From: Flavobacterium sp.
Lineage (GTDB): Bacteria > Bacteroidota > Bacteroidia > Flavobacteriales > Flavobacteriaceae
Length of the DNA: 64,000 nucleotides
NCBI GenBank assembly: GCA_025351785.1
Contig: JANXVF010000080.1
Coordinates: 44,307 to 108,306 of the forward strand
Direction: 5' to 3'
Below the pieces are notes generated by a model. That model was not told where the DNA came from, ran no database searches, and saw only the letters and a program-made list of their open reading frames with translations. The position numbers and the translations under genes are program-made. Positions 37,251-45,067 of this stretch are shown here, in pieces. Positions within the stretch are counted from its first letter, which is position 1, and each line of letters starts with the position of its first letter.

Positions 37251-38273
37251 ATGAGAAATTTAATCGTTTACTTAACACTAATCCTATGTTTATTTGTAAA
37301 TAAAGTTGTAGGACAAGAAACATTTGAAGCGCGAGCAAGAGCCATTGCCGACAAAATTGAAGCCATCACATTATCAGAAAAAGAAGCTTTAAAAAAGGAA
37401 GTTGAAGCCATTAATTCGGATTTAGATAAGGGAATAATAACAAAAGATCAAGCCGCATCAAAAAAACAAGAATTAGCAACAATGAGAGCTAAAACTATCG
37501 AAACAAAAGTGGCATCCCTACAAGACGAACTTAAAAATTTAGTTCAAGAAAAAGTTGACGGAAAATTAGCAGAAAATAAAAAATTAAAAAAATTTAGTTT
37601 TAGTATTGGGAAAGACACTGTTTCAAAATCTGAAAAAAGAACAACTTCGCAATTTGTGTTTGCGGCGGGAGTAAACAATTTAGTTACAAACGGTCAAGTA
37701 GCTAATTCAGACTTTAGATATTGGGGTTCACATTTTTACGAATGGGGTTTAACATATAACACCCGCTTATTAAAAACTAAAAATTTGTTGCACTTAAAAT
37801 ATGGATTATCAGTTATGTATAACAACTTGAGACCAACAGATAATCGTGTTTTTGTAAAATCGGGCGATCAAACTACACTTCAAACTTCGCCAATTCATTT
37901 AGATGATTCTCGATTTAGAAATGTTTATTTAGTGGCACCACTGCATTTAGAATTTGATTTTTCTAAAAATAAATCTAATGATGGTAAACCTTTTTTTCAG
38001 TCGCATCAAAGTTTTAGACTAGGACTTGGCGGATATGCAGGATTCAGAATTAAATCAAAACAGTTTGAACTATTTGACAACGGACAAAACCAAGATGTAA
38101 CGGTAAAAACAAAAGGCGATTTTAACGTAAATGATTTTATTTATGGAGTAAGTGGTTTTATAGGTTATAAAGAAACTAGTTTATACCTAAAATATGATTT
38201 AAATCCTATTTTTCAAAATAATGTAATCAAACAAAACAATATTTCGTTAGGAATACGATTTGACTTTAATTAA
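37251..38273 (+). CDS. Outer-membrane beta-barrel protein with an N-terminal helical/coiled-coil domain
   Basis: Signal peptide ending VVG-Q, charged helical region, beta-strand region, C-terminus SLGIRFDFN. Confidence 0.75.
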   Translation: MRNLIVYLTLILCLFVNKVVGQETFEARARAIADKIEAITLSEKEALKKEVEAINSDLDKGIITKDQAASKKQELATMRAKTIETKVASLQDELKNLVQEKVDGKLAENKKLKKFSFSIGKDTVSKSEKRTTSQFVFAAGVNNLVTNGQVANSDFRYWGSHFYEWGLTYNTRLLKTKNLLHLKYGLSVMYNNLRPTDNRVFVKSGDQTTLQTSPIHLDDSRFRNVYLVAPLHLEFDFSKNKSNDGKPFFQSHQSFRLGLGGYAGFRIKSKQFELFDNGQNQDVTVKTKGDFNVNDFIYGVSGFIGYKETSLYLKYDLNPIFQNNVIKQNNISLGIRFDFN

Positions 38274-38298
38274 AAAAATATTGATTTAGTTATATTTT

Positions 38299-38331
38299 GC
38301 CTACAAGCTTTAAAACCTTGTGGGTTTTTTT
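38299..38331 (+). terminator. Intrinsic terminator after the ECF trio
   Basis: GCCTACAAG-N9-CTTGTGGGT (with G-U pairs) followed by a T-run. Confidence 0.7.
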
Positions 38332-38378
38332 GTTTAAAAAAAATGTAACTTTAAACCCTAAATAAGTCACTTTATATT

Positions 38379-40355
38379 TTGATAACCAAAGATACGATAG
38401 ATAAAGTTTACGAAACAGCTCGAGTAGAAGAGGTCATTGGCGACTTTGTTCTTCTTAAACGTGCGGGTAGCAATTTTAAAGGCTTGAGTCCATTTTCTGA
38501 CGAGCGTTCCCCATCGTTTATGGTATCGCCTGCAAAAGGAATTTGGAAAGATTTTAGCTCAGGGAAAGGCGGAAATGCTATAGCTTTTGTGATGGAACAT
38601 GAGCATTTTTCATATCCGGAAGCCATCAGATATTTGGCAAAAAAATACAATATCGAAATCGAAGAAACCGAACTTACAAACGAGCAAAAAGAAATTGCTA
38701 ACGAAAAAGAAAGTTTGTATTTAGTAACTGAATATGCTTCAAAATATTTTCAAGATATACTTTTTAATAATGAAGAAGGGAAAGCAATAGGTTTAACTTA
38801 TTTTAAAGAACGCGGTTTTACTACAGAAACAATAAAAAAATTCAAGCTAGGATATTCTCCAAATATTTGGGATGCTTTTACAAAAGATGCTTTAAACAAA
38901 GGGTATAAACTTGAATTTCTAGAAAAAGTTGGGCTAACAATTCTAGGTGAGGACAAACAATTTGACCGGTTTAAAAGTAGAGTGATGTTCCCCATTGAGT
39001 CCATGTCTGGTAGGATTTTAGGTTTTGGAGGTCGGATTTTGACAAATGATAAAAAAGCAGCAAAATATTTGAACTCTCCCGAAAGCGATTTGTATCATAA
39101 AAGTAAGGTATTGTATGGGATTTTTCATGCCAAACAACATATCGCAAAACTTGATAATTGTTTTTTAGTCGAAGGATATACTGATGTGATTCAGATGCAC
39201 CAAGCCGGAATCGAAAATGTAGTTTCATCATCGGGAACCGCTTTAACTCCAGATCAAATACGGCTTATAAATCGATTAACAAAAAATATTACTGTACTTT
39301 TTGACGGAGATGCCGCAGGTTTAAGAGCGTCTCTTCGTGGTATCGATTTAATTCTAGAGGAAGGAATGAATGTAAAAGTTTGTACTTTTCCAGATGGTGA
39401 AGATCCTGATAGTTTTGCAAAAAAAACGCCATTGCAGGATTTGGTTATATATCTGCAGGAAAATGCAAAAGATTTTATCCAATTTAAAGCATCACTGTTA
39501 ATGAATGATGCCAAAAATGATCCTATAAAAAAAGCCGATTTGATTCGAGAAATGGTGACCAGTATTTCAAAAATACCCGATAGAATAAAGAAAGAAGTCT
39601 ATATTAAAGAGTGTTCTCGAATAATGGATATCTCTGAGGAGGTACTTTTTAATACACTAGCTCAAATTGTAAAAAAAGATATTCAAGAGCTTGAAAAAAA
39701 AGGTAAAGTAGAGCAAACCGCTTTTGAAGTTCATAAAAACGAACCTATCGCAACTATTTCTACAGTTGATATACAAAATGAATTAGAACACAAAATAATC
39801 GAAATTTTACTTTTATACGGTAATATTGAAGAGGAATTTGAAGATGTTTATATAAAAGCTGACGAAAGTGGAAACATGATAGAAGTTAAAGAATTGAAGT
39901 TGTATAAAGTACACCAGCGGATTTATCTGAGTTTGCAAGAAGACGAAATTGAACTATCAAATCCATTGTTTCAAGCTATTTATATGAATTTGATTGAGTA
40001 TTTTCAGCAAAACGAAAACTTTGAACTCGAACATTATTTAGGACAACTTTCTACCGACTTGGCTCAGGAAGTAACTTCGATTTTGATGAATGACGAACGC
40101 GATATGCTACACAACTGGGAAGCAAAGCATATTTATGTAAAACACAAAGACAAATCAATTGGTTTGTTTGTTTCAGAAACTATCCTCACCCTAAGATGGT
40201 TTTTAGTAAATAAAATCATTCAAGAATTAAAAACAACAGTCGAAAAAAATGAAACAGATGACAACACAGAATCTCTAGAAATGGTTATGGATTATCTTGG
40301 ATTGACAACGGTTTTTTCTAAAAAATTAGGTCGGGTTATTTCGCGCCATAATTAA
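38379..40355 (+). CDS. dnaG: DNA primase
   Basis: RVMFPI, GFGGR, KYLNSPE, TOPRIM motifs VEGYTDV and FDGDAAG, DPDS; TTG start. Confidence 0.97.
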   Translation: MITKDTIDKVYETARVEEVIGDFVLLKRAGSNFKGLSPFSDERSPSFMVSPAKGIWKDFSSGKGGNAIAFVMEHEHFSYPEAIRYLAKKYNIEIEETELTNEQKEIANEKESLYLVTEYASKYFQDILFNNEEGKAIGLTYFKERGFTTETIKKFKLGYSPNIWDAFTKDALNKGYKLEFLEKVGLTILGEDKQFDRFKSRVMFPIESMSGRILGFGGRILTNDKKAAKYLNSPESDLYHKSKVLYGIFHAKQHIAKLDNCFLVEGYTDVIQMHQAGIENVVSSSGTALTPDQIRLINRLTKNITVLFDGDAAGLRASLRGIDLILEEGMNVKVCTFPDGEDPDSFAKKTPLQDLVIYLQENAKDFIQFKASLLMNDAKNDPIKKADLIREMVTSISKIPDRIKKEVYIKECSRIMDISEEVLFNTLAQIVKKDIQELEKKGKVEQTAFEVHKNEPIATISTVDIQNELEHKIIEILLLYGNIEEEFEDVYIKADESGNMIEVKELKLYKVHQRIYLSLQEDEIELSNPLFQAIYMNLIEYFQQNENFELEHYLGQLSTDLAQEVTSILMNDERDMLHNWEAKHIYVKHKDKSIGLFVSETILTLRWFLVNKIIQELKTTVEKNETDDNTESLEMVMDYLGLTTVFSKKLGRVISRHN

Positions 40356-40451
40356 TTTAATATAATCACAATTGAAATAATTTAAGATAAACTTCAATTT
40401 GAATAACATCTAATTCTCAAGGTGCTAAAAACTATAAATAAAACAAATAAA

Positions 40452-42356
40452 ATGAAAAAAATAATTTTACTTACAAGTCTAATCATGAGTTCGATAACTA
40501 TAAATGCACAAAATGTAATGACACCAGAGTTACTTTGGAAATTAGGTAGAGTTTCGGTTTTAGGAATTTCTAAAGATAAAAAATCGATAGTCTACAAAGT
40601 TACGACCCCATCAGTCGAAGAAAATAAATCGAGTTCAAAATATTACACCATTCCAGTTTCGGGCGGAAATGCTGTTGAGGTAGCAAATTTTGAGGAATTG
40701 GTTTCAGACAAAAATGTTTCGCCTAGCGGAAAATACAAACTATCAACTCAAGAAGTAAAACTAAATTCTGTATTAGGAAAAGATTTTTATCCAGAACTTC
40801 AAAAATCTGAGGTTCAAATTTATGACGGATTAGATTATCGTCACTGGGATACTTGGAACGAAGGAACTTGTAATCATGTTTTTTATTCAGAAAATAAAGA
40901 TAAGGCGACTCAAATTGATGTCATGAAAGGCGAAAAGTTCGATTCGCCACAAAAACCTTTTGGTGGCGATGAAGATTACATTTGGTCGCCAGATAGTAAA
41001 TGCATTATTTATGTTTGCAAAAAGAAATTTGGAACTGCTTACGCAACATCTACAAATACCGATTTATATGAATATAATTTAGAAAGTAAAATCACAAAAA
41101 ATCTTACAGAACTAAATTTAGGTTATGATGTAAATCCGCAGTTTTCGCCATTAGGAGATTTAACTTGGTTGCAAATGAAACGCGACGGCTATGAAGCCGA
41201 TAAAAATGACATTATTGTACGATTTAAAGGATCAGATATCAATTTGACTAGTGGGTGGGACGGAACTGTTGATAATTTTTTGTGGAGCAATGATGGTAAA
41301 AAAGTATTTTTTGTAGCGCCATTTGATGGTACAAAACAACTTTTTGAAGTTAATTTTCCTGAAACGACAAAAAGTGCAATAAAAGTAACACAACTTACAA
41401 ATGGCGATTTTGATGTTAATGATTTAGTTGGTTTTTCGGGAGATACAATTATTGTTACTAGAAACGATATGAATCATGCCCAAGAGATTTATTCATACAA
41501 TTTAAAAAATAAAACATGGCTCCAATTATCAAAAGTAAACGATGAGATTTTTTCTAAAATTGGATTAAGCAAAACCGAGCGTCGTTATGTTACAACAACT
41601 GATGGTAAAAAAATGTTAGTTTGGGTAATTTTACCACCAAATTTTGATAAAACAAAAAAATATCCAACACTTTTATATTGTCAAGGCGGACCACAAGCAG
41701 CATTGACTCAGTTTTACTCTTTTAGATGGAATTTTCAATTGATGGCCGCAAACGGATATATTGTTGTAGCACCAAATAGACGGGGAATGCAAGGACATGG
41801 TGTTGCGTGGAACGAGCAAATCTCTAAGGATTGGGGTGGACAAGTGATGCAAGATTATCTTGTAGCAATCGATGAGCTTTCTAAAGAAAGTTATGTCGAT
41901 AAAAATCGGTTAGGTTGTGTGGGAGCAAGTTATGGTGGTTATTCTGTTTTTTACTTAGCAGGAATTCACAATAATAGATTTAAAACTTTTATAGCACATG
42001 ATGGCGTTTTTAATACCCAAAGTATGTTTGGCACCACAGAAGAAGTCTTTTTTAATAATTGGGATTTTGGCGGTGCTTATTGGGAAAAAAATAATCAGGC
42101 GGCACAAAAGTCATATACTACTTTCAATCCGATAAATTTTGTTGAAAAATGGAATAAACCTATTTTAATAATCCAAGGCGGAAAAGATTTTAGAGTACCG
42201 ATAGGGCAAGGACAAGAAGCGTTTCAAGCGGCACAATTAAGAGGGATAAAAAGTCGATTTTTGTATTTTCCCGAAGAAAATCACTGGGTTTTAAAACCCC
42301 AAAATGCTCAAATTTGGCAGCGTGAGTTTTATAAGTGGTTGAAGGAGACACTTTAA
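40452..42356 (+). CDS. S9 family peptidase (DPP5-like)
   Basis: Signal peptide, propeller repeats, GGPQ, catalytic GASYGG, DFRVP, ENHWVLKP. Start set at ATG 40452. Confidence 0.92.
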   Translation: MKKIILLTSLIMSSITINAQNVMTPELLWKLGRVSVLGISKDKKSIVYKVTTPSVEENKSSSKYYTIPVSGGNAVEVANFEELVSDKNVSPSGKYKLSTQEVKLNSVLGKDFYPELQKSEVQIYDGLDYRHWDTWNEGTCNHVFYSENKDKATQIDVMKGEKFDSPQKPFGGDEDYIWSPDSKCIIYVCKKKFGTAYATSTNTDLYEYNLESKITKNLTELNLGYDVNPQFSPLGDLTWLQMKRDGYEADKNDIIVRFKGSDINLTSGWDGTVDNFLWSNDGKKVFFVAPFDGTKQLFEVNFPETTKSAIKVTQLTNGDFDVNDLVGFSGDTIIVTRNDMNHAQEIYSYNLKNKTWLQLSKVNDEIFSKIGLSKTERRYVTTTDGKKMLVWVILPPNFDKTKKYPTLLYCQGGPQAALTQFYSFRWNFQLMAANGYIVVAPNRRGMQGHGVAWNEQISKDWGGQVMQDYLVAIDELSKESYVDKNRLGCVGASYGGYSVFYLAGIHNNRFKTFIAHDGVFNTQSMFGTTEEVFFNNWDFGGAYWEKNNQAAQKSYTTFNPINFVEKWNKPILIIQGGKDFRVPIGQGQEAFQAAQLRGIKSRFLYFPEENHWVLKPQNAQIWQREFYKWLKETL

Positions 42357-42449
42357 AATATTTTTTTCAACATTAAATGCGCCAACAGTATTTAAGTGTA
42401 GCCTTATTATCGTTAGCATAAACAAATCTATAAATCAAATGTATTCATT

Positions 42450-42480
42450 AAAAAACCCCAATTTTATAATAAATTGGGGT
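42450..42480. terminator. Hairpin terminator between convergent genes
   Basis: ACCCCAATTT-tataat-AAATTGGGGT with an upstream A-run. Confidence 0.8.
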
Positions 42481-42490
42481 AATTTTATTT

Positions 42491-42868
42491 TTACTTAAAA
42501 TATTTTTCAAAATATGAAATGGTTTCTGCATCACTCATTTTTGTTGAAGTACTTTCAGACGAATCTACATTTTTATATTGAGCCGTTTCGGCTAAAAATT
42601 TAATAAATTGTTCTTGAATTTGCCCTGTTCCTGTAACGTGAATTTGGTCAATATTTGGCATGTTGATTGCAATTTCTTTAAAAAATTTTTGTGTTAATGC
42701 AATTTCTTGATTGTTAGAAGCATTTTCATTAGAATTTCCTGAAGCGCCATTATTTTTCACGTGATTAATAATTTTAAACGAATCAGATTCAAAATCTTCT
42801 TTTCCAATAATTATAGCATTGTGAGTATCCATCCATACTCCAAATTGCTTTTTGTTTTTTTGTGACAT
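42491..42868 (-). CDS. Hypothetical cytoplasmic protein resembling host-attachment/eRF1-domain-like (baeRF) proteins
   Basis: FGVWMDTHNAIII, KFFKEIA, IHVTGTGQIQEQF, KMSDAE. Family-level resemblance only. Confidence 0.5.
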   Translation of the reverse strand: MSQKNKKQFGVWMDTHNAIIIGKEDFESDSFKIINHVKNNGASGNSNENASNNQEIALTQKFFKEIAINMPNIDQIHVTGTGQIQEQFIKFLAETAQYKNVDSSESTSTKMSDAETISYFEKYFK

Positions 42869-43013
42869 TTTTTTGTTATTTATTATTAATGTAAAATTGG
42901 TAATTTTTGCTTAAATTAGGTTACAGAATTAATCAATTACATTACATAATATAAATACAAAAGAATTATAAATTATCAGTAAAATCAGCTAGAATGTGCC
43001 ATTTAAAAACACA

Positions 43014-43868
43014 TTATCTAATATTCTGATTCAAAATTAAATCGATATACAAATTGATTTTATCTTTTAATTCTTTTCGTGGAGTAATAAAATCTAAAAA
43101 TCCGTGTTCCAATACAAATTCTGCGGTTTGAAAACCTTCGGGAAGTTCTTTTCCTGTTGTGTCTTTTACAACTCTTGGTCCAGCAAATCCTATCAAAGCG
43201 CCAGGTTCTGAAATATTCACATCGCCTAACATGGCATATGAAGCAGTTGTGCCTCCTGTTGTTGGGTCAGTACAAAGTGAAATATAAGGAATTTTTGCTT
43301 CTGCAAGTTGAGCCAGTTTTGCTGATGTTTTTGCTAATTGCATTAAGGAATATGCAGCTTCCATCATTCGAGCACCACCAGATTTTGAAATCATAACAAA
43401 TGGTACATTATTTTTGATAGCATAATCGATACCTCGAGCAATTTTTTCACCTACAACTGCACCCATCGAGCCACCTATAAACGCAAAATCCATACAACAA
43501 ACTACTAGTTGGTTGCCTTTTGATTTTCCTATTCCAGTGCGAACAGCATCTTTTAATTGGGTTTTTTCTTGAGCATCTTTTAATCGGTCTGCATATTTTT
43601 TGGTATCTACAAAACCTAAAGGGTCTTTAGATGTCATTTTAGCATCTAGTTCTTTAAACTCGTTATTGTCAAACAATATTTCGAAATATTCTTTACTTCC
43701 TATTCGTACATGAAAACCATCTTCGGGACTTACCCAAAGATTTCTTGCTAACTCGTCTTGGTCGATAATTTTTCCCGTCGGCGACTTATACCAAAGTCCT
43801 TTTGGAACATCCTTTTTGTCTTCGGTTGCGGTGGTAATTCCTTTTGTTGTTCGTTTAAACCAAGCCAT
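43014..43868 (-). CDS. accD: Acetyl-CoA carboxylase carboxyltransferase beta subunit
   Basis: [41 protein letters not shown]. Confidence 0.96.
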   Translation of the reverse strand: MAWFKRTTKGITTATEDKKDVPKGLWYKSPTGKIIDQDELARNLWVSPEDGFHVRIGSKEYFEILFDNNEFKELDAKMTSKDPLGFVDTKKYADRLKDAQEKTQLKDAVRTGIGKSKGNQLVVCCMDFAFIGGSMGAVVGEKIARGIDYAIKNNVPFVMISKSGGARMMEAAYSLMQLAKTSAKLAQLAEAKIPYISLCTDPTTGGTTASYAMLGDVNISEPGALIGFAGPRVVKDTTGKELPEGFQTAEFVLEHGFLDFITPRKELKDKINLYIDLILNQNIR

Positions 43869-43875
43869 ATATTTT

Positions 43876-43950
43876 AGTTTTCAGTCTCAGTTTTCAGTCT
43901 CGGTTTTCAGTCAGTTTTAAACTGATAACTGCGACTGAACACTGTAAACT
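43876..43950. repeat. Imperfect palindrome of 6-7-nt CAGT/ACTG units
   Basis: AGTTTTCAGTCTC x2 plus a degenerate copy, facing ACTG units at 43921, 43928, 43934 and 43941. Confidence 0.85.
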
Positions 43951-43951
43951 A

Positions 43952-45019
43952 TTATAAAGTGTTTATATTATTTAAGTCAGCAAATGCTTCTTCTAATCGA
44001 GTGTTGAAAGTTACTTCACCTTCACGAACCCATTTTCTTGGATCGTAATATTTTTTGTTTGGCGCATCACTACCTTCAGGATTTCCTATTTGGGTTTTTA
44101 AATAATCAATATTATCTACCATATAATCTCTAATGCCTTCTGTAAATGCAAATTGCAAATCAGTATCGATATTCATTTTTACTACACCATATGAAATTCC
44201 TTCTCTAATTTCTTCTAAAGTTGATCCTGATCCACCATGAAAAACAAAATCAACAGGATTAGTTCCGGTATTAAATTTATTCTGAACATAATCTTGTGAA
44301 TTTTTCAAAATTTTTGGTGTTAATTTTACATTTCCGGGTTTGTATACTCCATGTACATTTCCAAATGCTGCAGCAATTGTAAAACGAGGACTTATTTTTA
44401 ATAATTCTTCGTATGCATAAGCTACTTCTTCTGGTTGAGTATATAATTTTGAACTGTCCACATCAGAATTGTCTACGCCATCTTCTTCGCCACCTGTAAT
44501 ACCTAATTCGATTTCTAAAGTCATACCCATTTTGCTCATTCTAGATAAATAGGTTTTGCAAATTTCTATATTTTCTTCAATGGGTTCTTCAGATAAATCT
44601 ATCATGTGTGATGAAAAAAGTGGTTTTCCAGTTTCTTCAAAATGTTTTTCTGATGCATCTAACAATCCGTCAATCCAAGGCAATAATTTTTTTGCACAAT
44701 GATCTGTATGTAAAATTACTGTTGCGCCATAAGCTTCGGCTAATGTATGAATATGTTTTGCACCTGCTATTCCGCCAGCTATTGCCGCTTTTTCGCCCGA
44801 GTTTGAAAGTCCTTTTCCAGCATTAAATTGAGCCCCACCATTAGAAAACTGAATAATTACTGGTGCTTTAAGTTTAGCCGCAGTTTCTAAAACGCCGTTT
44901 ATTGTGCTTGAACCAGTTACATTTACAGCTGGAATTGCAAATTTTTTCTGTTTTGCATAAGCAAATATTGCTTGAACTTCATCTCCTGTGGCAACTCCGG
45001 GTTTAATAGTGTGAGACAT
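43952..45019 (-). CDS. fbaA: Class II fructose-bisphosphate aldolase
   Basis: LHTDHC, SSHMIDLS, EIELGITGGEEDG, FGNVHGVY, VFHGGSG, KMNIDTD. Confidence 0.96.
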   Translation of the reverse strand: MSHTIKPGVATGDEVQAIFAYAKQKKFAIPAVNVTGSSTINGVLETAAKLKAPVIIQFSNGGAQFNAGKGLSNSGEKAAIAGGIAGAKHIHTLAEAYGATVILHTDHCAKKLLPWIDGLLDASEKHFEETGKPLFSSHMIDLSEEPIEENIEICKTYLSRMSKMGMTLEIELGITGGEEDGVDNSDVDSSKLYTQPEEVAYAYEELLKISPRFTIAAAFGNVHGVYKPGNVKLTPKILKNSQDYVQNKFNTGTNPVDFVFHGGSGSTLEEIREGISYGVVKMNIDTDLQFAFTEGIRDYMVDNIDYLKTQIGNPEGSDAPNKKYYDPRKWVREGEVTFNTRLEEAFADLNNINTL

Positions 45020-45046
45020 GGGTTGATTTATTTATAGTTTAGTTTA

Positions 45047-45054
45047 CAAAAATA
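45047..45054 (-). promoter_or_regulatory. -7 promoter box for fbaA-accD
   Basis: TATTTTTG on the minus strand. Confidence 0.6.
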
Positions 45055-45067
45055 ATAATTTCTATTT

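Noticed and set aside
38344-38368. TGTAACT-N14-AGTC upstream of dnaG as another ECF promoter
   Set aside because: The spacing is one base shorter than the other copies, and the overlapping TAACTTTA is more simply a housekeeping -7 variant.
40388-40413. TAAACT...CATCTAA upstream of the S9 peptidase as an ECF promoter
   Set aside because: The spacer is two bases too short and the GTC is absent.
42987-43001. TGGCACATTCTAGC on the minus strand as a sigma54 promoter for the baeRF-like gene
   Set aside because: The GG-to-GC spacing is one base short, and sigma54 spacing is strict.
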